Made by a program: the position numbers and the translations under genes. This document shows positions 40,612-51,413 of a stretch of 64,000 bases of DNA, piece by piece (position 1 is the stretch's first letter; every line of letters starts with the position of its first letter). The DNA comes from Syntrophales bacterium (GTDB lineage: Bacteria > Desulfobacterota > Syntrophia > Syntrophales > PHBD01): the NCBI GenBank assembly GCA_963668175.1, contig OY764159.1, positions 3,168,001 to 3,232,000 of the forward strand. The letters run 5' to 3'. The notes under the pieces were generated by a model. That model was given only the letters and a program-made list of their open reading frames with translations. It was not told where the DNA came from and did no database searches.

Positions 40612-41397
40612 ATGTCGAAAAGAACCGGCGTCTTTTTACTATGCTTTTTAATTACGGCCTTATTATCGGCGTGCAGTACGCCGCACCCAAAAGACACGTC
40701 TTTTAACGCCCGCCGCAGCGAGAGGACCGCCATGGCGAAATACGACATCATCATGATCGCCGCCGCGAAACAAACGGCTCCCGGAGGGCCGTCCGAAGCC
40801 CGGAGCGTGGAAACGCTCTTCGCAGAGGGAACGGCGCGGTACCGCAACGAGGACGACGCCGTGAGCATGGAATGGCAGCCGGGACCTATCGACGTGACGG
40901 TTGCCATCCGCAACAAAACGGCATCCCCGATGCAAATCATCTGGAATGAGGCGCGATTCATCGACGAAAAGGGCGTCAGCCGCCGTCTCATCCATGCCGG
41001 AATCGGTTACGACGAAAGGAACCTGCCCCAGCCGCCGACGGTTGTTGCCGCAGGGAACGTTATCAACGATTTTGTTCATCCCGTGGACTATTTTCAGTGG
41101 GAGGCTGTCCGGGGACCGGGATCGGATTCGACACAGGGATACTGGGACAGGACGCCGTTTCTGCCGACCCGGAACCAGGACGGAACGGTGGACGATTTAA
41201 GAGTGAAGGCCGCAGCCATGGTCGGCAAGACTTTTCAGGTCATGCTTCCGCTGACGATTGGACAGGTCAGGACCGGCTATCTGTGCACTTTCCGGATCAA
41301 CTACGCCGACGTCATTCTGACGGAGGAACCGAGGGGCAGGAATCAGGGCGACCGGGAGGGCGGCGGCGAAAGAACGGGCAGGAGACGTCCCCGGTAA
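40612..41397 (+). CDS. Hypothetical lipoprotein
   Basis: Lipobox LLSAC. Confidence 0.75.
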   Translation: MSKRTGVFLLCFLITALLSACSTPHPKDTSFNARRSERTAMAKYDIIMIAAAKQTAPGGPSEARSVETLFAEGTARYRNEDDAVSMEWQPGPIDVTVAIRNKTASPMQIIWNEARFIDEKGVSRRLIHAGIGYDERNLPQPPTVVAAGNVINDFVHPVDYFQWEAVRGPGSDSTQGYWDRTPFLPTRNQDGTVDDLRVKAAAMVGKTFQVMLPLTIGQVRTGYLCTFRINYADVILTEEPRGRNQGDREGGGERTGRRRPR

Positions 41398-41552
41398 CTC
41401 TTTCGTCCGGATACCGGGCCGGTCCTCCGGCAAACCGGCCAAATCTGAAACGCCTATCTTTTTATTAGCCAACCAACCGCCGATCATGTTATATTTGTAA
41501 GGTAAAAATACGTTTCACTCTATCCGGCAGGAGGGTATTCGGCTTCGCTCCC

Positions 41553-42425
41553 ATGATCTCCCTTACGGCAGAACTCAATCAGCTATCCCGTTATTGCGGA
41601 TCGCTGTCCCGGCCGCTCTTAAATGCGGCCGCGCTGATCCTTGTCGTCCTGATCGGTCTCGTCGATTACCTCACCGGCTATGAAATCGAACTGGCCATTT
41701 TCTATATCGCCCCAATTGCCGTCTCCAGCTGGTTTGCAGGCCGGAAAAGCGGTTTGTTCATCGCAATCGCGAGCACAGCCGTCATCTTAATCGCCAATAT
41801 AGGAGGAGGAAAGGCTTATTCCCTGCCCCTTATAGCGTTCTGGAACATCATGGCCGTCTTCGGTTTCTTTCTCGGCGCGGTCTTCTCCTTGTCGTCACTT
41901 AAGGATACGCTGGAGAAAGAGAGGCTGCACGCCCGGACCGACTCCCTCACCGGCGCCATCAACTCCGGGCATTTCAAATTCCTCGTCTACCTGGAGATCG
42001 AGCGTTGCCGCCGCTACCAGAGGCCCTTCACGTTCGCCTATATCGACTGCGACAATTTCAAACTGTTAAACGACCGCTTCGGGCATCACATCGGCGACGA
42101 GATGCTGATCCTGGTCGCCCGGATCATGCACGAAAACGTCAGGAAGACCGATATCGTGGCCCGTCTCGGCGGCGACGAATTCGGCATCCTGCTGCCGGAA
42201 ACGGGGGAACAACAGGGCATCGCCGCGATGCAGAAGCTCAGGACCGTGCTCCTTGAGGCCGTGCGGCAAAGGAATTGGCCGATCACCCTGAGCATCGGCA
42301 TCGTGACGTATCTCCGGGCGCCTTCGGTCATCGACGACGTCATCAGGGCCGCCGACAATCTCATGTACACGGTCAAAAAATCGGGAAAGGACAATCTGCT
42401 CCACGAAACGCATCATACCATCTAG
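41553..42425 (+). CDS. Membrane-bound diguanylate cyclase
   Basis: N-terminal TMs; DSLTG, D.DNFK..ND, RLGGDEF, RxxD I-site (RKTD). Confidence 0.94.
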   Translation: MISLTAELNQLSRYCGSLSRPLLNAAALILVVLIGLVDYLTGYEIELAIFYIAPIAVSSWFAGRKSGLFIAIASTAVILIANIGGGKAYSLPLIAFWNIMAVFGFFLGAVFSLSSLKDTLEKERLHARTDSLTGAINSGHFKFLVYLEIERCRRYQRPFTFAYIDCDNFKLLNDRFGHHIGDEMLILVARIMHENVRKTDIVARLGGDEFGILLPETGEQQGIAAMQKLRTVLLEAVRQRNWPITLSIGIVTYLRAPSVIDDVIRAADNLMYTVKKSGKDNLLHETHHTI

Positions 42426-42546
42426 CCAAAGACCGCCATATCGCTGAAAGGCCGGGCCAACGGTACCTGGTACCGATGATCCGGCCTTTCAGAACATGGT
42501 CTCTTCCTTTCGCCCGGGAAAGATATCCCGTAAGACGTCAGGTCAA

Positions 42547-42828
42547 CTACGCTTTTTTCTTCGGTTCTGTGAACGCATCGAATTTCTTGTAGTGCTCGTC
42601 CGCGGCTGCTTTGAAATCGACTGCACCCTTCTTGCAGGCATTGATCCAATCGTTGACGAACTTCTTGCTCTCTTCGGGTACCCAGGGTGACTTATCCATC
42701 GACTGGCTGATCAGTTTTTCCGTGCTTTCCTGGATCATAGCCATCGTCTGGAAGCTGTTGTCCATCGCGGTCTTGTAAGCGCCGCTCATCTGTTTCGCCA
42801 TGCTAGCATATTCCTTTGTGAAATCCAT
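42547..42828 (-). CDS. Phasin-like small helical protein
   Basis: 93-aa amphipathic helical protein; upstream TGCA-N-TGCA palindrome. Confidence 0.6.
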   Translation of the reverse strand: MDFTKEYASMAKQMSGAYKTAMDNSFQTMAMIQESTEKLISQSMDKSPWVPEESKKFVNDWINACKKGAVDFKAAADEHYKKFDAFTEPKKKA

Positions 42829-42860
42829 TTTTTGTATCCTTTCACGATTTATTTTAGCCT

Positions 42861-42914
42861 ATTTTAAGCATAGCCCTGCCCTTTGTCAAGCAAAAATGTT
42901 GCATTGCAATATTT
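42861..42914 (-). promoter_or_regulatory. Sigma70 promoter with adjacent palindromic (PhaR-like) operator
   Basis: Minus strand TTGACA-N17-TAAAAT; AAATGTTGCA-T-TGCAATATTT at 42894-42914. Confidence 0.6.
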
Positions 42915-43204
42915 ATTTTATTTCTAAGGGATCGAATATTCATTCCGCAACAATTCGTATTCTTTTAATTATTTTTTATACAGAGTCTTAATAAATATGT
43001 AACTGATAAGCAATAGACATGATTTGTCGCGTCGCATCATCGCTTGATCGTCAACGGGATACGGTACGAAGGAAATGGCGTGCAAGGCGGGTTAAAGCGC
43101 CCCGGCAACGCCTTCAGCCTGCGGAGCCGCCAATAAGACTCCGGTGCGGCATCCCGCAAACCCGGATCGTGCGTAAGCCGAGCCAGCAGAATATCTGTAA
43201 TGTC

Positions 43205-43594
43205 TCAGGATGATTTTGCTTTATTGAGGATTTGACGGCTCCGGCGGAAGGGAAGACCGACCGCGACGGTCTTTATCCGTCTAAAGATGGACCCCATCCG
43301 GATACGATCTGTCGGACCTTCGGTCAGGCTGCATCGAAAAGCGGCGTCCTCGACGGCCCAAAGGACAGGCGCTCCGCGCGCGGAGACGGTCCGCGACTCG
43401 CCCTTCTTCAGGATATGATCCCTGCCGCCCGTACCCTCGGTCAGCCAGATTGTCCCGGAAATACAAAAAACGCGGCATCCTGCGGCCGGAACGGCAAGAC
43501 GGACCGTCCGGCGGGCCCCGAGCACCCGGATGTCATCCGGCTGCAAAGGCCCGACGGATATGGCAATGGAGGTATAGTCGGATTTGGCTTTCAT
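43205..43594 (-). CDS. DUF2917-like protein
   Basis: CISGTIWLTEG...DHILKKGE; divergent from MocR regulator. Confidence 0.7.
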   Translation of the reverse strand: MKAKSDYTSIAISVGPLQPDDIRVLGARRTVRLAVPAAGCRVFCISGTIWLTEGTGGRDHILKKGESRTVSARGAPVLWAVEDAAFRCSLTEGPTDRIRMGSIFRRIKTVAVGLPFRRSRQILNKAKSS

Positions 43595-43656
43595 GATGCC
43601 ATCATGCCGAACCCGCCGGGTCCCGCCAAGAGGCAGGAGGGAAAAATTGTACTGTT

Positions 43657-43707
43657 TACAGTTTTCGATTTTAACAACTGTACCGGTCATGATATAGGGC
43701 AACTGTA
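43657..43707. promoter_or_regulatory. MocR-type operator array
   Basis: Direct repeats CAACTGTA (43675, 43700) plus inverted TACAGTT (43657). Confidence 0.6.
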
Positions 43708-43744
43708 TCTTTCATCTTTTCGGGACTGTGTTTATGGTTCTTTC

Positions 43745-45226
43745 ATGAACGAGGAAAAGAAGACACATCTCTACGAGTCCATCGCCGATCAGGTGTCCCA
43801 TCTGATCGCCCGCGGGACTTTTCGCCCCGGGGATCGCATTCCTTCCATCCGCGAGCTGAGCCGGCGGATGTCCGTCAGCATGACGACCGCCGCGACGGCC
43901 TACCGGCTGCTGGAAATCAGGGACGTCATCGAGGCCCGCCCCCAGTCGGGATACTATGTCCTTCCGCTTTCCCTGCACGGAAAAGGAAGAAGCTTGATCG
44001 CCCGGGAAATGCTTCCGGGCCGTGACAGCACGGCCGATCGTACTTCCGATACGGAGCGGCCCGCGGACATCAGCCCCACCGATGTGAGCATGGACAAACT
44101 CGTGACGATGATCCTGGAGGATGCCATGAACACGGATCTGGTGCAGTTGGGCACCACGATCCCCAATCCCGATCTTCTGCCGATAAAAAGAATCAGCCGG
44201 TGCCTGACATCGGCCGTCCGCAGGCGCAATTTCCAGAGCGTCTCCTACAGTTTCCCGGGGCTGGAGGCGCTCCGTATCCAGATTGCGAAGCGCGCCACCG
44301 TCGCCGGCTGCGCCCTGACGCCCGAAGACATCATCATCACCAACGGCTGCCAGGAAGCCGTCTTCCTGGCCCTGACGACCATCTGCAAGGCGGGCGACAA
44401 CGTCCTGATCGAGTCCCCTGCTTTCTTCAACCACCTGCAGGCCATGGAGGCGCTGGGTCTTAAAGTCGTCGAAATCCCGTCTCATCCGCAGCACGGCATC
44501 AGCATCGACACGCTCCGGTATGTCCTTGACAATACCCCCGTCAAGGCATGCCTCCTCGTATCCAATTACAGCAATCCGCTGGGAAGCTGCCTGCCGGACG
44601 ACAAGAAAAAAGAACTCGCAGGACTTCTCGCCGCCCGCGATATCCCGCTTATCGAAGACGACATTTACGGAGACATCTGCTTCTCTTCGCATCGTCCCCG
44701 GGTCGTGAAGGCCTTCGACGAGAAGGGACTCGTCATCCTCTGTTCCTCTTTCTCCAAGACGCTAGCGCCGGGTTTCCGCGTGGGCTGGACGGCGCCGGGC
44801 CGATTCGCGGCCCGCATCTCCTATACGAAAATGATACACAACCTGGCTACGGCGACGCCGCCGCAAATGGCCATTGCCGACTTCCTGGCCGGCGGCGGCT
44901 ACGACCGCTTTCTCCGCAGCATCAGGCGGATTTACGCCCGTCACGTCTTCCTCATGGGCCGCGCCGTCATTGAACAATTCCCCAAGGGCACCATCGTCTC
45001 CCGTCCGGCGGGAGGATTCTTCCTGTGGGTGGAGCTTCCCGGCGGGGCCGATGCCATTCTCCTTTACGAAAAGGCCAGAAAGGCAGGCATTACCATCGCG
45101 CCGGGGCCGATATTCACCGCCCGGCAGAAATTCCGCAACTGCATCCGCCTGAGCGCCTCCGTCTGGAACGAGAAAATCGCTCAAGCGGTCCGGACTCTCG
45201 GCGAACTCGCAAGGGATATGGTTTAA
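43745..45226 (+). CDS. MocR/GabR family regulator (GntR HTH + PLP aminotransferase-like domain)
   Basis: PGDRIPSIRELS, IEDDIY, SFSKTLAPGFRVGW. Confidence 0.95.
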   Translation: MNEEKKTHLYESIADQVSHLIARGTFRPGDRIPSIRELSRRMSVSMTTAATAYRLLEIRDVIEARPQSGYYVLPLSLHGKGRSLIAREMLPGRDSTADRTSDTERPADISPTDVSMDKLVTMILEDAMNTDLVQLGTTIPNPDLLPIKRISRCLTSAVRRRNFQSVSYSFPGLEALRIQIAKRATVAGCALTPEDIIITNGCQEAVFLALTTICKAGDNVLIESPAFFNHLQAMEALGLKVVEIPSHPQHGISIDTLRYVLDNTPVKACLLVSNYSNPLGSCLPDDKKKELAGLLAARDIPLIEDDIYGDICFSSHRPRVVKAFDEKGLVILCSSFSKTLAPGFRVGWTAPGRFAARISYTKMIHNLATATPPQMAIADFLAGGGYDRFLRSIRRIYARHVFLMGRAVIEQFPKGTIVSRPAGGFFLWVELPGGADAILLYEKARKAGITIAPGPIFTARQKFRNCIRLSASVWNEKIAQAVRTLGELARDMV

Positions 45227-45347
45227 TACCCCGCAGCGAATCGCCGCCCCGCAAGAATACGATCCTTTCAGGCGTCATCTCCCGCTACCTCCTGAACGCT
45301 GAAAATACTTGAACATTTTCCCATGCGGTATTTGCCGTTCATAATAC

Positions 45348-45360
45348 TTGACTTAGTCAA
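45348..45360. promoter_or_regulatory. Palindromic MarR operator candidate
   Basis: TTGACT-T-AGTCAA overlapping the putative -35 upstream of marR. Confidence 0.55.
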
Positions 45361-45385
45361 TGACTTATGCAATTATATTGTCCTT

Positions 45386-45856
45386 ATGACTCGAAAGAAG
45401 GCCCCGGCCCGTCCGGATATCCAGCGGCGTGCGGCCCCCGAACCGTTATTGCTGCGCGAGGTCATGAGGACCCACCAGGTCCTTATGAACGGTTTTTCCC
45501 GCGAAGTCGGCATGCCGGCATCGCGCGTCGCCCTCATGCGCCTTCTGGCTTCCGCGCTGCCGGACGATGTAGGCATCATGGACCTCGCCCGACGGCTGGG
45601 GATCAATGCCGCCGCCGTCACGCGGCAACTACAGGAGATGGAAAGCGAACGGCTCGTCCTGCGCCGCCCGGACGCCCGGGACGGCAGGCGCTGCAATGTC
45701 AAGCTGTCCGCTAAAGGGCTGAAGCTTTTTCAGACGATCCAGAATCGCAGTCACGAGTTGGAACGTTCACTCGCCTCGGCCATCGGTCCCGGCGAGATGA
45801 CAGCCGCCGCCGATGTCCTGGCCAGGCTGCGCCGATTCATCGAGGAACTGCGATAA
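45386..45856 (+). CDS. MarR family regulator
   Basis: LARRLGINAAAVTRQL, D.RDGRR wing. Confidence 0.92.
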   Translation: MTRKKAPARPDIQRRAAPEPLLLREVMRTHQVLMNGFSREVGMPASRVALMRLLASALPDDVGIMDLARRLGINAAAVTRQLQEMESERLVLRRPDARDGRRCNVKLSAKGLKLFQTIQNRSHELERSLASAIGPGEMTAAADVLARLRRFIEELR

Positions 45857-45876
45857 AATAATAAAAGGAGATTGCC

Positions 45877-46221
45877 ATGATAAGAACCAAGAAGAGATTC
45901 GACATGCGGGCATTTGTCACCCTGATGATCGCCTTTTGCGCCCTGGGCCTTCCCGTTACGGGCATTGCCGGCCATATCTGCGGGTTCTCGCCCTGGACCG
46001 CAGCGCGGCAAACCTGGATGGTCGCCCACAGCGCCCTGGGCCTGATCTTCATCGTCTTTTCGATCCGGCATGCCATCATGAATCGGCGCACCTTGTCGAA
46101 CTATATTCAGGGCGTCGCCACCCGGCTTCCATCATTGAGCCGCGAGGCGGCTCTGGCCGGCGCAGCCGTTGCCCTGATCCTCCTGCTCTTCACGGGACAC
46201 GCCATCCACGCAGGCGGGTGA
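45877..46221 (+). CDS. Small membrane protein with His in TM helices (DUF4405-like)
   Basis: 3 TMs, W...H, H...N. Confidence 0.7.
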   Translation: MIRTKKRFDMRAFVTLMIAFCALGLPVTGIAGHICGFSPWTAARQTWMVAHSALGLIFIVFSIRHAIMNRRTLSNYIQGVATRLPSLSREAALAGAAVALILLLFTGHAIHAGG

Positions 46222-46293
46222 TCCGGCCTCGGCAGTTTTCACGGGCGGCGGCAGACGCCGTGCGTGGGCCAACAACATTATCTTCCGGCGGTC

Positions 46294-46322
46294 TTGACAA
46301 GCGGAGGCGGGATATTCATAAT
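46294..46322 (+). promoter_or_regulatory. Sigma70-type promoter
   Basis: TTGACA-N17-CATAAT. Confidence 0.55.
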
Positions 46323-46379
46323 GGATTGCGGGCTTGCGCCTGTACCGTTTCCGAACCGTTTTAAGATGGAGGTAGAGTT

Positions 46380-47588
46380 ATGAGCACACCGAAGACCATT
46401 CAGACGGAAGACCGTTATTCGCCGCCGTTCTTCAAGAAAATACCCGTATCGATCGAGCGGGGCGCAGGCGTCTATGTCTGGGACGAGGAAGGCAACCGCT
46501 ACCTCGATTTCACGTCGGGCTGGGGCGTCACCTGCCTGGGCCATGCCCATCCGGCGATCACCGCCGCACTCCTGGAACAGGCCGGCAGGATCATGCAGAA
46601 CCCCGATTCGGGGCTGACGTACTCGCCTGTCCGCGCGAGGCTCCTTGAACTCCTGGGGGAGATCATCCCCCCTCCCCTGACAAGGATATTCTTCTCCAGC
46701 AGCGGCGCCGAGGCGAACGACGCCGCCATCAAACTGGCGCGGAAAGTGACCGGACGGCTCGACGTCATCTCCATGGAACAGAGCTTCCACGGCCGGACGA
46801 TCAGCACGGCTTCCGCGACGGGACAAGCCAAGCACCGCGAGAAGTTCAATCCCCTGATGCCCAACTACCGCTTTATCCCCTACAACGATCTCGGGGCCCT
46901 GAAGAAGGCCCTGGACGGCAAGGTGGCGGCCCTGATCACGGAGCCGATCCAGGGAGAGGGCGGCGTTGTCGTCCCGGCGGACGACTACCTCCGGGAGGCC
47001 GGACGCCTGTGCAAGGCCAACGGCACCCTTCTCATCGTCGACGAGATACAGACCGGGTTCTGCCGGACCGGCCCCATGTTCGCCAGCAGCCCTTCCGGGG
47101 CGGAGGCGGACTTCATGACGATGGCGAAAGGCATTGCCGGGGGCTTCCCGTTCGGCGCCTTTGCCATGACGGAGGCCGTGGCCGCTAAACTGGAACAGGG
47201 CGATCATGGGGGAACCTATTGCGGCAACCCCCTCGGCTGCGCCGTGGCCTGCGCGGTCATCCGGCATCTCATCGACAACGACATCCCGTCGTCCGTCGCC
47301 GCGACAGGGGCATTCGCCCTCGGGCGCCTGCGGCAGTGGATGGAGACTTACCCGGAGAGGATCGCCGACGTCCGGGGCAAAGGACTCCTTATGGTGATCG
47401 AGTTCCGGGACGAAAAGACCGCCGCCGACGTGGCCGCCGAATGTCTCGGCCGGCGTCTCTTCGTCAGGCAGACGCAGGGACGGATGATCAGGATTTTCCC
47501 CGCCCTGAACATCAAGCACGAAGAGATGGAGGAGGGACTGCTCCTTCTGGAAGAGGCCGTTTACCATACGATCCGCAAGAGCAGCTGA
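46380..47588 (+). CDS. argD: Class III aminotransferase (acetylornithine aminotransferase-like)
   Basis: SGAEAN, FHGRT, EPIQGEGG, DEIQTG, AKGIAGG, HGGTY. Confidence 0.85.
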   Translation: MSTPKTIQTEDRYSPPFFKKIPVSIERGAGVYVWDEEGNRYLDFTSGWGVTCLGHAHPAITAALLEQAGRIMQNPDSGLTYSPVRARLLELLGEIIPPPLTRIFFSSSGAEANDAAIKLARKVTGRLDVISMEQSFHGRTISTASATGQAKHREKFNPLMPNYRFIPYNDLGALKKALDGKVAALITEPIQGEGGVVVPADDYLREAGRLCKANGTLLIVDEIQTGFCRTGPMFASSPSGAEADFMTMAKGIAGGFPFGAFAMTEAVAAKLEQGDHGGTYCGNPLGCAVACAVIRHLIDNDIPSSVAATGAFALGRLRQWMETYPERIADVRGKGLLMVIEFRDEKTAADVAAECLGRRLFVRQTQGRMIRIFPALNIKHEEMEEGLLLLEEAVYHTIRKSS

Positions 47589-48099
47589 CGGGCCGGAATA
47601 CTTCCCGACCTGCGGCAAAGCGAACCCAGGGGAGCGGGGAGAAGGGCACCATGCCTGCCGCCCGCCTTGGGTCGTGGAATTTCTGTTCGCCCTTTTCGAG
47701 ACGGGGCGTTTATGCCGTCTATCGCTTCAAGGGCTTTATCCAGAGCCCGGTCGTCCATGAATTCTTTATCATTTCCGCTTAATAGGATTATCTGGTACGC
47801 ACCGGAAACATCACCCGCCGGCCCACTGAAACAGTAATCTGATCCTATTATTTCATTAAAACGTCATCATTCCGTCATAAATCTGTAGCAATTAATTGTC
47901 ATACTATGTATAACTTAATCGGGCGCCCGCATGTGCGTTTAACGGCCGCCGTCGTCGGTCGGTTGAACCGAATCGGGACAGCAGCGACGCAAACCGGGCG
48001 CGGAAGATCGACACCATGTTGCAGACACGGGAGGGAGCCCTGCGTATAGGAAAGCGGAAAGAGGAAACAGTTGTGAATGTGAACAAGGAAAATGGGAGA

Positions 48100-49932
48100 A
48101 TGATTATGAAGAGGAGATCGCTAGGTTTCAAGTTGGTTCTGGGAGGATTGCTCGTGTCGTTGTTGCCGCTTCTAATCGTCGGGTTGTTCGCCGTCATTCG
48201 ATCCGGAAATGTGCTGGAAAAGATGTCGGCCAGTGAGGAGACGTCCGTGGCCAAGAGCCTGGCATCCATGGCCCAGGTAGCCCTGGAGAATCAGTTGAAG
48301 ACGGTCCAGTCCCTCGCCGCCGAAGAGTCCGTCAGGGCCGCGGCGGAAAAGGCAAGGGGCGGGCAAGAGGAGGCCTTAGAGGCGTTGCAGAGAAGGCTTG
48401 AGCAGGCGCACAAGGCCATGGGCGAGGACTACGATCAGTTTGCCTTCATCAATGCCGACGGCGTGATGACGGCGGACACCCTGCACAAGGGGAAAGGCAC
48501 CAACCTTTCGGATCGCGCGTATTTTAAAGACGCAAAAGCGGGAAAGGCCGCCATCGGTCAGGTCGTCAAATCGAAGGTGACGGGCAACGTGGCCGTTGCG
48601 GCCGTTGCCCCCGTTATGTCGCCGTCCGGCCAGTTCGCGGGCGCCGTTCTCGGGATGATCAAGATGGATTACCTGGCCAGCAAGATTACGGCCGTCAAGA
48701 TGGGAGAGACGGGTTACGCCCTCGCCGTGGATGATAAAGGCGTCGTCGTCGCCCATCCAAAGAAAGACCTCGTGCTTTCCATGGACGCATCCCGTGAGAA
48801 AGGCATGGAACAATTCATCGCCAAGGCCGTGCGGCAGGAAACGGGAATGGAAGCCTACGTCTTCGGCGGCGTGAAAAAATCGGCCGCTTTCGCGCCCGTG
48901 CCCGTCGCCGCATGGTCCGTCATCGTGACGCAGAACGACGACGAACTGTATGCCCCGGCGCGGCAGATGAAATACATTATCATGGTCTTTTCCTTCGTCG
49001 CTGTCGCGGCGACCGTGTTGGCGGTCGTTCTCTTTGTCCGCGGAATCAACCGCCGTCTCAACCGTATCGCCTCCGACCTGAACGAAATGTCCGGCCAGGT
49101 GGCGGCCGCGGCGAGCCAGGTGTCGGCGGCGAGCGTCTCGCTGGCGGAAGGGACCTCCGAGCAGGCGGCAACGCTGGAAACCACATCGGCCGCCATCGAA
49201 GAGATGGCTTCCATGACACGGCGTAACGCCGAAAGCGCCGGCGAGGCCAAAACCCTCATGAACGCCACCCGGGACGCCGTCGAACGGGTGAACGGCCAGA
49301 TGGACGAAATGGCGACGGCCATCGTCGAAGTCACCAGGACGAGCGAAGAAACGGGCAAGATCATCAAAACCATCGACGAGATAGCCTTCCAGACAAATCT
49401 TCTGGCCCTCAACGCCGCCGTGGAGGCCGCCAGGGCCGGGGAGGCGGGGTCCGGATTCGCCGTCGTCGCCGAAGAAGTCCGCAACCTGGCGCAACGGGCT
49501 GCAACCGCGGCAAACACGACGGCCTCGCTTATCGACAACACGATCAAGGTCGTGGCGAAGAGCGCCGTCCTTACGGAACAGACCCATGAGGCCTTCAAGG
49601 ACAACAGGGACATGTCCCTGAAGATCGGCACGCTCATCGACGACATAGCCGTCGCATCGGATGAGCAGGCCCAGGGCATCAACCAGATCAATTCCTCCGT
49701 CCAGGAAATCGACAAGGTGACGCAGCAGGCGGCCGCCAACGCGGAAGAGTCGGCCTCGGCGTCGGAGGAAATGAGCGGCCAGGCGGAAAAACTCAGGGAA
49801 GTCACGGCGGAACTGCACGCCATGATCCGCGGGTCGAGCAACGGAACGGCGGACGCCGTCGGACGCCTGCCCGGTGTCGCATCGATTGCAAAAAAACTGG
49901 ATTGGAAACGTCCGCTGAGGATCGAAGGTTAG
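48100..49932 (+). CDS. Methyl-accepting chemotaxis protein with Cache domain
   Basis: 2 TMs; [34 protein letters not shown]. Confidence 0.96.
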   Translation: MIMKRRSLGFKLVLGGLLVSLLPLLIVGLFAVIRSGNVLEKMSASEETSVAKSLASMAQVALENQLKTVQSLAAEESVRAAAEKARGGQEEALEALQRRLEQAHKAMGEDYDQFAFINADGVMTADTLHKGKGTNLSDRAYFKDAKAGKAAIGQVVKSKVTGNVAVAAVAPVMSPSGQFAGAVLGMIKMDYLASKITAVKMGETGYALAVDDKGVVVAHPKKDLVLSMDASREKGMEQFIAKAVRQETGMEAYVFGGVKKSAAFAPVPVAAWSVIVTQNDDELYAPARQMKYIIMVFSFVAVAATVLAVVLFVRGINRRLNRIASDLNEMSGQVAAAASQVSAASVSLAEGTSEQAATLETTSAAIEEMASMTRRNAESAGEAKTLMNATRDAVERVNGQMDEMATAIVEVTRTSEETGKIIKTIDEIAFQTNLLALNAAVEAARAGEAGSGFAVVAEEVRNLAQRAATAANTTASLIDNTIKVVAKSAVLTEQTHEAFKDNRDMSLKIGTLIDDIAVASDEQAQGINQINSSVQEIDKVTQQAAANAEESASASEEMSGQAEKLREVTAELHAMIRGSSNGTADAVGRLPGVASIAKKLDWKRPLRIEG

Positions 49933-50033
49933 CGCTCGTATCGTCCGGGCCGGCCGATTTGCGGGTGCAGCCGTCAGGCGATTGCCCCGGCCCTCTGCCC
50001 GGAGAGCGTGACAAGTCGGAGGGATATTGAAAG

Positions 50034-50073
50034 AAAGGCCCGGCCGTCCTCAGGACGTGCCGGGCCTCTTTTG
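50034..50073. terminator. Terminator between MCP and SDR genes
   Basis: AGGCCCGGC...GCCGGGCCT followed by CTTTT. Confidence 0.65.
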
Positions 50074-50149
50074 CCGAGATGTGCGTCGATCGTCCTTCAC
50101 GGCCCGGAAAAACCCGTCCGCCGGAGAAGGATCGCATCCATGGATACGC

Positions 50150-50908
50150 TCACGGATAGTTCTGACCCGTGGGACGGATCATGATCTCATTCACGTTGAC
50201 ATGCTGCGGCAGGCTGAGGAGCCAGACGATGCCGTCCGCGATGGATTGAGGCTCCAGCAGCTTGCCGAAATGGGCAATGCCCTTGCCGAAGTTCTCTTCG
50301 TCGTATCCCGCCACGGCCTGGAATCCGCTGACGACGATGCCGGGCATGACCAGCGAGACCCGTACGCCGCTGGAACAGACTTCCCGGCGAAGTCCCTCCG
50401 CAACCGCCGAGATGGCGAACTTGCTCGAACCGTAGAAATCGCTGAAGGGCGAAATGTTCCTCCCCACGACCGACCCGAGGGCGACGATGTCGCCCGTCTT
50501 CCGGCCGACCAGGTAGCGTCCGGCCATACGCATCAGGTGCGCGGCGCCGAGGACGTTCACATTATACAAGTCACGCCACTGCGCCTCGTCGCTGTCGAGG
50601 ATGCCGCCCGCCAGGCCGCGGCCGGCGTTCACGATGACGATGTCGTATTTTCCCCCGCCCCCGGCCCAGGCCAGGGTCCGTTCCAGAAGCAGGTCGATAT
50701 CGGCCGGAACGGCTGCGTCTCCCGCAACGGCCAGCGCTTTGCCTCCCCGGCCGACGATTTCCGCCGCCAGATCCCCCAGGGGGTCCTTGCGCCGGGCATG
50801 AACGACCACGGCCGCACCCGCCTGCGCCAGGCTCAGGGCAGTGGCCCGCCCTATTCCGGAACTGGCGCCCGTCACAATCGCCGTCTTGCCCGCTAAAAGT
50901 TGATTCAT
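50150..50908 (-). CDS. SDR family oxidoreductase
   Basis: TGASSGIG, NAG, YGSSK. Confidence 0.94.
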   Translation of the reverse strand: MNQLLAGKTAIVTGASSGIGRATALSLAQAGAAVVVHARRKDPLGDLAAEIVGRGGKALAVAGDAAVPADIDLLLERTLAWAGGGGKYDIVIVNAGRGLAGGILDSDEAQWRDLYNVNVLGAAHLMRMAGRYLVGRKTGDIVALGSVVGRNISPFSDFYGSSKFAISAVAEGLRREVCSSGVRVSLVMPGIVVSGFQAVAGYDEENFGKGIAHFGKLLEPQSIADGIVWLLSLPQHVNVNEIMIRPTGQNYP

Positions 50909-51413
50909 TTTTTTGTTCTCCTTTCCTATAGATGCCTCTACTCGCAATTACAGATGAATTCCGCGTTCCTGCTTTTCGCATGTATTTTCAGGAACGGTCC
51001 GTCTCGATCGTTCCCAAAGAACGTTTATGCATCGTTACTATTGTAGCCGTCCGGCCTTCCTTCGAGCAAGGAAAATTTAAAACCCATTCTTCCTTGACGT
51101 ATGTGATGAGGCCAATTATGATTTTTTGAAACGAAGATGTTTGCCGGGCAAGCATCGCCCCAAACGCTCAGGCCGATTATGGCCGAGGAAAAGCACCAGC
51201 CCGGCTGCATCCTGAGTCGATTCCGCAGGCGGCCGGCAGACGGAAGTGCCGCGGCATCAAGCTAATGGAGACGGAGAGGCGCAAAAAGGCGGCATTTTGG
51301 CTCCGAATGTGATACAAATCGGGGGACGCAGCGGGTGGCGGATCAGCCGCCGGACCGTCCCGGGTTACACGCAGGATACCGTTTGACGAAGTCGAAACAG
51401 GAAAGGCACCTCC

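Noticed and set aside
47900..48060. Possible c-di-GMP riboswitch upstream of the MCP (contains GACGCAAA)
   Set aside because: Lacks the GGCAAA...GAAA P2 architecture of class I and the class II consensus; an Infernal search would settle it
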